A stretch of DNA of 64,000 bases from Eledone cirrhosa (taxonomy: Eukaryota), in the NCBI GenBank assembly GCA_964016885.1, contig OZ024742.1:205344001-205408000 (forward strand), in the 5' to 3' direction. Shown piece by piece: positions 35,291 through 47,827 of this stretch (within the stretch, counting starts at the first letter, position 1; each line of letters begins with the position of its first letter). The notes under the pieces are model-generated. The model saw only the letters and a program-made list of their open reading frames with translations, did not search any database and had not been told where the DNA came from. The translations under genes and the position numbers were made by a program.

Positions 35291-38200
35291 TGCCAATTTG
35301 GGTTCTGGAACAAAAGAGATCATTGGCAATAAGGGCAGGGGCCCCAAGTTATCACAACCTGGGCCCGCCCGTCATCGTGCCATTGTAATAGAGCCAAACA
35401 GGGCATTTAGTCTTGGCTGCTGGAACGTACGGACGCTGCTTGACGGGGATTCTTTGGAGCGTCCTGAACGAAGGACCGCTCTTGTTGCGAAGGAGCTTCG
35501 ACGTTACGATCTTGACATCGTGGCTTTGTCTGAGACGAGGTTAGCTGGAGATGGTCATCTTACGGAATTTTGTGGAGAATATACATTCTTCTGGAAAGGA
35601 AGAGATGAAGGAACCAGAAGAGAGGCTGGGGTAGGATTTGCTGTTAAGACTGTACTGGTGAATAAATTGGAAGAATTCCCAGTGGGGATTAGTGAGCGTC
35701 TTATGTCCATGAGAGTTCCGCTGGACAAGGGAAGATATGCTACCCTGGTGAGTGTGTATGCTCCAACTATGAATTCTGTCGATGAAGAAAAACTGTCCTT
35801 TTACCATGCCTTGAAAGGTGTTTTAAGAAATATCCCTCAGGCAGACAAAGTCATCGTGCTTGGTGACTTTAATGCTAGAGTGGGTAGGGATTTTAACACA
35901 TGGAATGTAATCGGAAGGCATGGGGTGGGAAAGTGTAACAGCAATGGTATGCTCTTGCTGCAGATGTGTGAGGAGCTGGATCTGTGTGTTACCAACACCA
36001 TGTTCCAACAAAAGAACAAATTCAAGACCACATGGATGCATCCTGCATCTAAGGAATGGCATCTTTTGGACTACGTCCTAGTCAGGATGCGTGACAGACA
36101 GGATGTGCAGTGTGTTCGTGTTCTTCGTGGAGCTGAGTGCTGGACGGACCACCGCCTGGTACGCGCAAAAGTGAATCTAATCACCAAACGTAAAATCCGG
36201 GCTCCTGGTGTTGCCCTGCCCAAAAGATTGAATGCTGCTCGTCTTAAGGATAAAAATGTGAAGAGGACATTGGAAGAAGAGATGCAGGCTGCAGATCTTG
36301 GTGAGGATTGGCCGACCCTTAAAAAGTCGGTTTATGATGTAGGCAGACGTGTTCTGGGATTGGTGCAGAGAAAACATCAGGACTGGTTTGATGAGAAGGA
36401 TGTGCATATAGATGACTTGTTGGCTGATAAGAGGCGCGCTCTGTCACGCTACTTGACGGCAAAACCACAGGAGAGGAATACGTTGCATGAGGAGCTCAGG
36501 GATGTAAAATCACGTGTTAGGCAGAGTCTTTCTCAGATGAAGGATCAGTGGTGGAGTGAGAAGGCTGGTGAGATACAAACTGCGTCTGATTGCAATAACA
36601 CAAAGCTGTTGTACAGTCTCTTGCGTGAGGTTTATGGACCGTCTTCTTCTCTGGTGACACCGATTCGCAGCAAGGATGGCAAAGAACTTCTTCGTGACTC
36701 ACAGGGAATTCTACGAAGGTGGCGAGAGCACTTTGATGATCTTTTGAATCAGCCGTCTGTCGTCAGTGAAGATTTCCTCAATCTCATTCCGGAAAGTCCT
36801 GTGAAAGTAGCTCTCGCAGAACCTCCGACACTTGTGGAGGTTGCAGTGGCTGTTTCGAAGCTGAACAGTGGAAGATCTCCAGGTATGGATGGCATACATG
36901 CTGAGCTCCTACAATATGGTGGTGAGAGACTCCTGCAACATCTTCACTCTCTGTTTGGAGGGATATGGGCTAATGAATCCGTGCCTGAGGACTGGAGAGA
37001 TGCAGTAATGGTGGTCTTGTACAAGGGAAAGGGTAACAGGAATGATTGTGGGAACTACAGAGGTATATCATTGCTTTCTGTCGTGGGGAAAGTTTTATGT
37101 AGGGTGCTTCTGGACCGTCTGCTGACACACATTGCAGATTGTGTCCTTCCTGAAAGTCAATCTGGTTTTCGTGTTGGACGCGGCACTACTGATATGATCT
37201 TCTCAGCTAGACAGCTCCAGGAGAAGTGCATTGAACAGGGCTTGGATCTGTATCAGGTTTTTGTCGATCTGACAAAGGCTTTCGATACTGTCAACAGAGA
37301 TGCATTATGGAAGGTTCTCCAGAAACTTGGTTGCCCTGATAAGTTCCTTGCTTTAGTTAGGTCTTTCCATGACGACATGAAGGCTTGGGTTAATGTCGGA
37401 GGTAACATGTCGGAGCCTATCTCAGTAAAAAATGGAGTGAAACAGGGGGATATTCCAGCACCGACCCTGTTTGCCATATACTTTGCAATGGTTTTCTGTA
37501 TTGCATTCAGGAATTGCGAGCATGGTGTTTACATCCGATATCGAACCTCAGGCAGCATATTTAACATCAGGCGCTTTGCTGCGAAGACAAAAGTATTTAC
37601 ATCAGTCATAAGAGACCTCTTGTATGCAGATGATTGCGATCTTGTAGCGCACACAGAGAGTGATATGCAGCACATTTTGAATGTATTTTCTGACGCTTGC
37701 ACTGCCCTGGGTTTGACTGTCAGTCTCAAGAAAACCGTCGTCATGTACCAACCTGCACCTGGTAGGCAGTACACTGAACCAAACATCTATGTGTATGGCA
37801 AACGACTTGGAGTGGTTGATCAGTTTGTCTACCTGGGAAGCACTGTCAATCGATACGGCAACCTTGACAGTGAAATCTCACTTAGGATTAGGAAAGCAAG
37901 TGATGCTTTCGGAAAGCTAGAAAGGCGACTCTGGGGTCGGCGAGACATATGCAGGAGGACAAAGGTAAAGGTGTACAGGGCATGTGTACTCTCTTGTCTT
38001 CTTTATGCCTGCGAGACCTGGGTCACATATCGACGCCACCTTAAGCAATTGGAGCGTTTCCATCAGATGTGTCTCAGACGGATACATGGCGTTCGCTGGA
38101 GGGACCACATCAGTGATGTCGAGATTTTGGAAAGCTCTATGTGTGACAGTATAGAAGCTCTTGTGCTTAAGCAGCGACTCCGTTGGAGTGGTCACCTTGC

Positions 38201-38804
38201 CAGGATGAAGGATTCTAGAATACCAAAACAACTCTTCTATGGAGAGTTGGTTAAAGGAAAACGACCGCCACATAAACCAAAAAAGAGGTATAAGGATTCC
38301 TTGAAGGCCTCTCTGAAAGACGCTAACATCTCTGCTGATACATGGGAAAATATTGCTGCTGATCGTAATAAATGGAGAAAGACTGTATATGAGGGAAAAG
38401 TTGCCTTTGAGGCATCTCGAATCGCACACGAGAAAGTAAAGCGGGACGTGAGGAAGGGTATTGCTGTTGCACTTCCAGACGGCGAGGGTCCTCCTATGTT
38501 TCTGGCATGCAGCGTCTGTGCGAGACTCTGCCTAAGCAAAGCTGGACTCGAAAGTCATCTTCGCAGTCATAAAGTAAGACCAGTGGTTGACTACCAGGCT
38601 GCTGTTGGAGATGCTACTCATCATGCTTGCCAAACATGTGGTAGAGAATGTAAATCAGCAGGAGGACTCAAGCGACATGCAAAAGTACACGAACTCCAAC
38701 CACAGCCGACTATTCCCAGTAAATGTTTTGGTTGCCGACTCTGTGCAAGACATTTTAGATCATTGGCTGGGCTAAAAAGCCACATTCGATCGCAGCACTG
38801 TTAG
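35291..38804 (+). CDS. RTE-clade LINE polyprotein, uninterrupted ORF: APE endonuclease, reverse transcriptase and three C2H2 zinc fingers
   Basis: WNVRTL, ALSETR, LGDFNA, LLDYVL, TDHRLV; QSGFR, FVDLTKAFD, GVKQG, LYADD, YLGS, LRWSGH. Fingers CSVC..HLRSH, CQTC..HAKVH and CRLC..HIRSQH. The ORF portion before 35291 is flank and microsatellite. Confidence 0.96.
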
Positions 38805-38921
38805 TTGCTATCGTGTGTTTGTGTGTGTGTGTGTGTAGATATGCTTATGTGCGTGCGTGTGTGTGTATATATATATGAATATGTATATTATTATTGTTGT
38901 TGTCGTTATTATTATTATTGC

Positions 38922-38958
<37 letters not shown>

Positions 38959-39076
38959 GTTATTAATGTATGTGTGTATATATGTGTGAGTGTATGTGTA
39001 TGTATGTGTGTGTGTATATATGTATGTATGTGTATGTGTGTGTGTATATATATGTGTATATATATATGTATGTATA

Positions 39077-39109
<33 letters not shown>

Positions 39110-39139
39110 CTTTTCCCTTTTTTTTTTTTTTTTTTTTTT

Positions 39140-39202
<63 letters not shown>

Positions 39203-39270
39203 TTTTTTTTTTTTTTTTTTATTGTGCAATGGCCATACTCGATAACGAGGGGGCAGCCATCATCATGTAT
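35291..39270 (+). mobile_element. RTE LINE inserted in (TATG)n, with microsatellite-rich 3' UTR
   Basis: (TATG)n at about 35200-35290. Tail ...cgataacgagggggcagccatcatcatgtatgtatg at 39240-39276. Confidence 0.88.
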
Positions 39271-39642
39271 GTATGTGCGAGACTCTGCCTAAGCAAAGCT
39301 GGACTCGAAAGTCATCTAGCTGACTACCAGGCTGCTGTTGGAGATGCTACTCATCATGCTTGCCAAGCATGTGGTAGAGAATGTAAATCAGCAGGAGGGC
39401 TCAAGCGACACGCAAAAGTACATGAACTCTAACCACAGCCGGCTATTCCCAGTGAATGTTTTGGTTGCCGACTCTGTGCAAGACATTTTTGATCATTAGC
39501 TGTGCAAAAAAGCCACATTCGATCGCAGCGCTGTTAGTTGCTATCGTGTGTGTGTATAGATCTGTTTATGTGTGTGCGTGTGTGTGTATATATATGTATA
39601 TGTATATTATTATTGTTGTTGTCGTTATTATTATTATTATTA

Positions 39643-42600
39643 CAGTTGCATTTATCTTGCTTTATGTTCTCACCAAGTCACAACCAGTGACCTCAAGAGA
39701 CAACAAGGTCCGCCATGTTCAAGAAAGAACATACATATTCACACATGCATCTTTAGTGTTTAGACTTGTGATGTACTTATATTGACAGAATCTTCCTTAG
39801 GACGTGGGTTAATCCAGTTAGACATTGCGTTGAAAACTGCAACAATTGGATTATCTACATATCTAAGGGAATCACATGATTGGATGATCAAACTCGTTTT
39901 GAAACACGAAAGTGTAGTACTATCTTTTGTATTTCTCCTATACGCGGGTTTCCTGGGATTTGCGATAAGTAATCATTAGACCCCTTAGGTATCATTCCCA
40001 GAGCGCCTACAACCACTGGTATTGTTTTAGTTCTCAATTTCCACATTTTTCCAATTTCTATCTCCAGGTCCTTATACTTGCTCAATTTTTCAAATGTTTT
40101 TATAGATACATTCTTGTCTATTGGAACAGACATATCAATTAGCAGGCATACCCTCTTTTGAAAGTCTTTCAATATTATATCAGGTCTGTTTGCATCTATT
40201 TTTCGGTCTGTTTGGATGCTAAAGTTCCACAAGATTGAGATGTGATCTTTTTCAAGTATGGGAGGTGGTTGATGCTCCCACCAATTCTTTTGATGGGGCA
40301 GGTCAAAATGCTTACACATTATCCAATGTATGTATTGTGCAGCTCTGTCATGCCTGTTTAGGTATTCGGTTGGAGCTATAGGACTGCACATTGAAATTAT
40401 ATGGTCAATGGTCTCTGGTTGTTTTTTGCATACACGGCATAATGGGCTGCACCCATTTTTTATTATGTTGGCTTGGTAATTTTTTGTTGGCAGACACTGA
40501 TCTTGTGCCGATATAATCAGTCCTTCAGTCTCCGATTTCAGTCCAGAGGATGCCAACCAAAGTTTTGTCAACATCAGGATTGTTAGCTCGCTCTGGGTAT
40601 TTTCCATACAGAGGCTTTTCTTGCCATTTCTTAGCCAGTTTCTGTAGCAGTTCTTTCTTTGCAGTTACTTTTACCTGCTTTGCTTTTTCTGTGTTTTCCA
40701 TTTCAGCAGTAAATGGGACTTCTGAAATTTGTAGTCCATTACTGTATCTTTGTGCATCTTTTGTAATGGAATATGATCTTTTGATGCTTTCGTGTTTCAA
40801 AACGAGTTTGATCATCCAATCATGTGATTCCCTTAGATATGTAGATAATCCAATTGTTGCAGTTTTCAACGCAATGTCTAACTGGATTAACCCACGTCCT
40901 CCTTCTTTCCTAGGGAGATATATTCTATCTATATCTGCCTTAGGGTGATGCATTCTGTGCATGGTTAAGAATTTTCGAATTTTTGTATCGAGCCTACGGA
41001 TCTCTGTGCTTGACCAGTTGATGACATTGTAACTGTAGGTTACTACTGGTATGGCAAGCGTGTTTATGGCATCGATCCTATTCCTTGCATTCAATTCCGT
41101 TCTTAAGATTGCTCTTACTCTGCGGTAACATTCCTTCCTTATCCTTTCCCTCATTGTCGAGTGCTTGATTCCGTCTCCTTCACAAACACCTAGATATTTG
41201 TAAGTTTTTTCTTGATCAAGTTCTCTTATCACGTTCCCCCGATCAAGATTAATGTCTGAACTCTTCAGCAGCTTTCCTCTGGTGAACGTTGCTTTGGCGC
41301 ATTTATCTAGTCCAAACTCCATTTTAATGTCATCACTGAACTGCTTCACAGTGGATAATAGCCCTTGCAATTGTTCATCATTTTTTGCAAATAGTTTCAG
41401 GTCATCCATGTAGAACAGGTGATTAATGGTTTTGTCATAGACTTTATATCCATGTTTTGTTTCATTGAGCATTTTACTTAATGGTATAAGTGCGATGCAG
41501 AATAAAAGCGGTGATAAAGAGTCACCCTGAAAAATTCCACAATTAATATTAACTTCTCCAGCTTCCAGTGATTTTGTTTCACTATTCAAAAGGAGTGTCG
41601 TTTTCCATGTCTTCATACTGAATGACAAAAACCTCCTGACAACGGGGGATACTTTGAAAATCTCTAAACATTTTTCATTCCAACTGTGTGGCAAACTATC
41701 AAATGCTTTTTTATAATCTATCCAAGCAATCGATAGATTTTTGTGTCTATTATGACAATCTTCCAGTATCATTTTGTTAACCAGAAGCTGATCCTTACAG
41801 CCATATGAGCCTCGTTTACACCCTTTCTGCTCAATGTTATCAGGTGGTCATATGTGTATTCAGTTAGGACTGATGTTAAAATTTTATACATTGTGGTCAA
41901 GCAAGTTATCGGTCTGTAATTTTTGGGATTGTTTGTCTCATCCTTCTTCGGAAGCAGGAATGTAATGCCGTTAACTAGCCATGAAGGTATCTTTTCTGGC
42001 TCCTTAACTATTTAACTATTTCATTGTAAAGTTGGGCTAACATGCCTGTGAAGGCATTTATCCAAAAATTTTGTATTTTGTCTTTTCCTGGGGATTTCCA
42101 TTTGCTGGTTTTTCTTAGAGCCAAGCGCAACTGTTCAACTGTTATATTTTCCCATGTTTGTTCCTCAAGGTGAGCTGTATCTTTCATTTGTCTGTCTATC
42201 CATGGGGCATGTATGTTATGAACTTTTTCTTCGGCCCAGATCTTTTCCCAGAATTCTTGCACTTCCTCCTTGGGTGGTATTGATTTAGCAGTTATTGTTG
42301 ACTTACCAATTTTTCTGTAGAAGTTTCTTTGGTTGTTTTTGAACATATTATTGTCCTTATAGAATCTAGATCATTTTTCAAAGCGCCTTATACGAGCAGC
42401 TTTGGCCGACACTTTTTGCTTGATTATTTCTATCAGCATGTCTATGTCACATGTTGATTTTATACTGTACTTTTTTTTAAATTTTCTAAGTTTAGTTTGT
42501 TTAACATGTTCACCTACTTTATAGTTTGTTAAAATTTCTATGTCAGATCGGAGAAGGTTTATTTGGCGATTGATGTTCTCTTGCCAAGTAGATTTCTTGT

Positions 42601-43487
42601 GGGAATTCCTTTGTTTTTTCATCTTCACTCCACATAAGTGAGTGGTGACTTTAGCCGATGCATAATAGAGATGATTTAAATCAGTAATGTTTAGTTTGTT
42701 TGTGATGATAATGTTTTTGAGAATTATGTTAGTCTTGTGTATTATCTTTTGGTTCTGTTTGGAGTTCTGGATCTTAGGGAGGGTGTCTCGTTGCCCCATG
42801 TCAGATTCTTTCATTTTCATCCATTCGATCATAATTTCATCCTTCAAGTTGGCAAGTTCGTTCTCATTCATTTCTTTATCATTTACGATCTCATTATTTT
42901 CATTTGGAGTTTCATCCCGAGCATGCACTCCCTCCACTTTTTCGATCCTTTCTTTAATTTGTTCTGATGCCAGTGATTCCGCCCCAACCCTGGGATTCGA
43001 AGTGTTACAGTTTACCTCGTTTTCACTGACACATGTTTCATTTTCCCTTCGCTGACTTTGTGCTAATAGCTTGATCTGATCAATTTCTATATCAGTTAGT
43101 AACTTTTTTCTTACAATATTTCTTCGTATATTGGCTAGTTTGTTACTGTCAATATAGCCTCTGTTTTCGGGATGTTTCTTTTTCCAGTTGATATATGTCT
43201 GTTCTGTATTCGATGTATTTGATGGGCAAATGTATTCGATGTATTACATGGCAGTGTAGAAAGCCTCAAGGACTTCTTTATTATCTTCCCTTGACCATTT
43301 TTCTCTCTTTTTCTTTGGATTTCTTGGTGGTGAGCATGGAGGGCCAACAGTAGGAGTATTCCGGTTATGGGAGGTCTCCAGCTCCGAAGTGATGGGAAGG
43401 TTTGAACCATTAGCTGATTTTTCGACCCCAGTCTGGTTCCTCTCTGAGGGACGCGGCCCTTTTTTACCCGGGTGACGGCCGATCCGG

Positions 43488-43488
<1 letters not shown>
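39643..43488 (-). mobile_element. R4/Dong-like non-LTR retrotransposon (RT + restriction-like endonuclease), near full length, disrupted
   Basis: [42 protein letters not shown]; CRVC...HIISMC, RHD, RPDI, KLSKY. C-terminus LRKILSI* at about 39777-39800. (TAA)n at both ends. Confidence 0.93.
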
Positions 43489-43560
<72 letters not shown>

Positions 43561-43586
43561 TATTATTATTATTATTATTATTAATA

Positions 43587-43618
<32 letters not shown>

Positions 43619-43796
43619 ATAAATACAATATCGGAGAAAGCTTTTTAGGGATACTCCGGCCAAATTCCAACTCACTCAACAAACATTAGGAAATAAGTGA
43701 TTATATTCCCAATTATGCGTTCGGGGTGCTAACTAAAAGTATTGCGTGGAAAATTAGCTGTATTAATTCATATGAGACATATCTAATATATCTCTT

Positions 43797-43923
43797 CCCA
43801 GACGGACGTCTCATTTCATTATAGGATTCCTACAATTTGGGGGAAATTATACCAATTTATGTAGGAGCTTGTATACCATCAATAGATATATATTCAAGTG
43901 GGCTCCTATAATTCATCAGTGGG
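43797..43923 (-). ncRNA. Type I hammerhead ribozyme motif, branched extended stem II
   Basis: Minus strand: CCCA-CUGAUGA-AUUAUAGGA...UCCUAUAAU-GAAAUG-AGACGUC-CGUC|UGGG. It lies within insert about 43618-43995, flanked by (TA)n. Confidence 0.8.
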
Positions 43924-44080
43924 TGCCCCAATAATACTAATATTGATAATCTAACCAACATCAGTATTTAGAGATAATCATCATCCTATCATATAAATAT
44001 ATATATATATATTTATATGTATATATATATATTTTTTTCTCGTGCAAGGGCAGCCATCATCATCATGTATGTATGTATGT

Positions 44081-44600
44081 CAGGTCGCTCTTCAGCGCTA
44101 CTGGTAACATGTAACCCAGTACAACTTATGCATGGTCAGGTCGTCGGTAACTAAACAGGCAACCTCACCAAGCTTGCTTGGTGAGGAGGGTGATTTTGGA
44201 CACCCTGCGGATGTGAAAGGGTGGAGGAACTCAAGGGAGTCAACGACCATCCAATAAAGTATCTTTTTGTAGAGTGTAAGACTCATAGTCTTCATTAAGA
44301 CATCTCTGTAGGAGAAGGTCACTCTGATATAAAACCTACGACTTCGTTTGCATCCAATGATATCAACCAGTTCTACTTTTTGAGCAAATGCATTCGATAT
44401 TCAGAGAGTGGGGTTGGCTCCGTGCAAAGTCTTTCCTCACTTAAAAAAAAGCTTCAAGCAGTGGCATTGCTTGATATGTGACACTTTTTGCGATGCATGG
44501 TAATGCTGGCCATAGGCGGGACTAAGAAGCCACGTCCATGATGCTTATGCTTAAGTATCAAGCGATGGCATTATCGAAAACGAGTTGCAGCCATCATCAT
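44081..44600 (+). mobile_element. Non-autonomous RTE-derived element in (TATG)n
   Basis: Shares its head (caggtc...ctactggtaacatgt.cccagtacaac) with 45226 and the tail cgaaaacgagttgcagccatcatcatgtatg. Confidence 0.75.
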
Positions 44601-44696
44601 GTATGTGTATGTGTTTGCATGCACATCAAGCTCAGCGTGTATTTAACATTTTTAATACCAAACTGCCTGAAGTTACTCATCGTCCTATGATACAAG

Positions 44697-45128
44697 TGTA
44701 GCGAGATCTATCCACGCCTTGAACCTTGGGTGACACCTAAAGGTCAAACTCTAGGTCACCACCCTTTTGGTGTGAACAGGCGTGCTATCCCCTCGATGTG
44801 GGAGACAGAAAGCGACAGGTATATAAAGCCTGTATATTCCCACGTTTTATACAGAGAGATCGGAGCACCACGATACAGACAAGCTATGTGAAAGATTCAC
44901 CACTACCTTCAGGCCGCAGAGGTCTACAGACCATTACTCTCTCTCTCCTGGTCGCAGACTACACCAGCCTCGTGAACCAACAACAAAATAACATTGTCAA
45001 CCTTCGCAACTCGTGGTAACTTGTTTATTGTTCTTTTTGACTGAAGTGAATTAAACCTTTATATATAAAGTAAACGGCCATTTTTGTTATAATCATTCTA
45101 ACAACTACTACTAATACCTTTCGTTAAA
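44697..45128 (+). mobile_element. Solo-LTR-like element
   Basis: tgtagcga...ttcgttaaa, TSD caag, tatataaa at about 44820, homologous to 47076-47813. Confidence 0.75.
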
Positions 45129-45225
45129 CAAGTATGTATGTATGTATGTATGTATGTATGTATGTATGTATGTATGTATGTATGTATGTATGTATGTATG
45201 TATGTATGTATGTATGTATGTATGT

Positions 45226-45830
45226 CAGGTCACCAGTTGGTGCTACTGGTAACATGTATCCCAGTACAACCTGTCTCATGGTCGGGTCGTTGGCGACTAA
45301 ACTGGCAACCCCACCAAGGTTTCTTGGTAAGGAGGGTGACTTTGGACATCCTGCAGGACTAAAAACAAAACCTGTCAAAGGGCAAAGGAGCTCTTAAGAG
45401 TCAATGGCCATCCAAAATCACTGGGAGAGATGACCCCTTAGCCTTTGTCAAGGCAGAATTCTAGGAGAAGGAAAACTCTGATATAACACCTGCAACCCTG
45501 ATGGTATCCAATGATGTTGACTTGTTCTTCTTTTTGGTAAATATCATCTTGGTTAAGAGAGTGGGACTGGCTTTGTGCAGTGCCTTTGCTCACTATAAAA
45601 GCTTCACGGCACAGGCATTGCTTTATATCTGGAGATCTCTCTGCACTTGCCGTCACATGGTACCATGGGCCCAGCACTGTGTCAATAATTGTCACAAGTG
45701 TAGTGTTTGTACCAGAGTTTTCAAGTCGCTGGCTGGACTAAAAATTCACACTCGTTCAGCGCATCGGTAGGGGTTCTCCTACATGGATATAAAGTAGTGG
45801 CCGTACTCGAAAACGAGTTGGCAGCCACCA
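45226..45830 (+). mobile_element. Non-autonomous RTE-derived element in (TATG)n with C2H2 remnant
   Basis: Long (TATG)n on both sides. Encodes CSVCTRVFKSLAGLKIHTRSAH. RTE-type tail. Confidence 0.82.
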
Positions 45831-46144
45831 TGTATGTATGTATGTATGTATGTATGTATGTATGTATGTATGTATGTATGTATGTATGTATGTATGTATG
45901 TATGTATGTATGTATATATGTGATCGTATTTTGTATTTAAGACGAGAAATTCAGAACTAGAATTAAAAGCAAAAAAGTGAGATTGTTGTTATAATCGAGG
46001 CCTAACTATTGCTAGAATATTATTTTTTGTTTGTTTCCTGCTTGAATAACAGGGCAATAATACACAGATATGGCTATACTCTGGGGTCGTATAAAACACA
46101 AACATGACTGTACCGTTGAGTCATACAATACACAGATATGGCTA

Positions 46145-46480
46145 TGTAACGAAATCTGTCCACACCTTCAGCCTGGGTGACATTTAACGGTCATTTTCTG
46201 GGTTATCTCCTTTCGGGCATAACCAAGTCTGAGAGTGAACGTCCAGGGAACAGAGGAAGCGACAGATATAAATAGCCTGTCTTAGACCATGCGGAAATCT
46301 GTTCGAAGCAGTTGTTGATAGAGTAAACATGTAAACATATGCTTTCTACAGACCCCTTGGGATCTTACAGACTCTTATAGAGACGCTCTGGAAGAACCAT
46401 TCTAGCTCGCAAGGCTCACGCCTACGGGTAGCCAACTCTGTGTCAGTGATGTCCCTAGGGACAAGGACACCAGAAGTCTC
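46145..46480 (+). mobile_element. LTR-like fragment
   Basis: Start tgtaacgaaatctgtccacacc resembles 44697 and 47076. tataaata at about 46267. Right end not defined. Confidence 0.55.
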
Positions 46481-46484
46481 CATT

Positions 46485-46860
46485 CTACGGGCTCGATCGC
46501 AAACCTGTCGGGAGCGACCGATATTTAGAGAGTTTACTCTCCTCGGTCCGAAGTGCAGCAGAGCCTGGGTTAGTCGCAGACTGCACTAGGTTGCTGCTGG
46601 AGAATATGTTGCTGCATGTGGCATCCCAGGTGAGTGGTTTACCACCACGGAACGGGAAGATAGTCATGCCATCTGGCCTTTTGCCGTCCCCTCGGTCTAG
46701 CCCCGCCGGCTCGAGCCGGGAGGGGAAGCCTGCAGCATCCAAGCCATGTTTTAAGATCTTGTTGAGAGGAGCATGGCTTGGAAGGCGGATTGCACTGCAG
46801 TGACAGGACAGCAGGTGGAGGCCGAAAGAGTCTACGGTGGAATTGCAGCATCATTTGTGT
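46485..46860 (-). mobile_element. CRE-like non-LTR retrotransposon endonuclease fragment
   Basis: LEPAGLDRGDGKRPDGMTIFPFRGGKPLTWDATC...EESKLSKY, a restriction-like PD..D/K..KY motif. Confidence 0.8.
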
Positions 46861-47075
46861 GGCTCGTATATCCGGAGGCTACCTATAGGAACCTTATAGA
46901 TAAAATACATAAAAATATATCATCTAAGCCAAAAAACAAAAAAAACACAAAAAAAACAACAACAAAAAACAAACAAATATCAATTCAACAAAGGTCAATC
47001 GGTCTCACACTATAAGGGTTGAAACAACCAATCGTTTTATACACAAAGAAATGTTTATGTACATATATATATATA

Positions 47076-47813
47076 TGTAGCGAAATCTGTCCGCGCCTTG
47101 AACCTAAAGGTCAAATTCTAGGTCAACACCCTTTTGGTGTAGACAGGTTGATGCGTTGACTATCCCCTCAAGGTGGGGAGACAGGAAGCGATAGGTATAT
47201 AAAACCTATATTTTCCCACCTTATACACAGAGACATCAGAGCGCTAGGATGCACAACAAATTATGTAAAGATTAACCGCTAACTTCAGACCCCAAGACAG
47301 ATACATCGGAGCATTACACCTATAACAAACTATGTAAGGATTCACTGCTGTCACCAGGTCTACAGATACACCCAGAGCGATTGGAACCCTACTACTACAG
47401 AACACAAATGTGGAAGATTCCCTGCTGTCTGCAGGCCGCCATGGTAGTTCACAGTTACGACAGACCATAACAGAGGTATACAAACCATATCTCCCTCTCT
47501 CTCTTACTAACTACGGTCTCACAACTACTACCACGGACTCCAAATTCCAACAACAACAACAATTATCTGTCGCTCTCTGTTTTCACACCAACAACAACAA
47601 CAGACTACAACAGCCTCACATCAACAACAAAATAATATTGTCAATCTTTGCAACTTGTTTATTGTACCTTTTAATTGATTCACGTGAAGTAAACTATATA
47701 TAAACCAAATCATTTATATTCTCGTTATTACTCCTATTCCTATTATTATTGTTATTTCATCTAATAACCGTGTTAATCAATTTAATAACTTCTTACTAAT
47801 ACCCTTCGTTAAA
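47076..47813 (+). mobile_element. Solo-LTR-like element
   Basis: tgtagcgaa...ttcgttaaa, TSD tata, same family as 44697-45128. Confidence 0.75.
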
Positions 47814-47827
47814 TATATGTATGTCCA

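Larger units (their letters stand above)
39274..44066 (+). mobile_element. Second, 5'-truncated RTE 3' end, split by later insertions
   Basis: 39274-39640 resembles 38517-38910 with a small deletion and stops. The tail gcagccatcatcatcatgtatg reappears at 44050-44080. Confidence 0.75.

Noticed and set aside
38500-39432. Host C2H2 zinc-finger gene
   Set aside because: The fingers are in frame with the LINE RT, and the second set is a decayed copy of the LINE 3' end.
43797-43923. HHR as the 5' processing ribozyme of the R4/Dong element
   Set aside because: It is on the same strand but separated by (TAA)n and (TA)n tracts, and lies in its own (TA)n-flanked insert.
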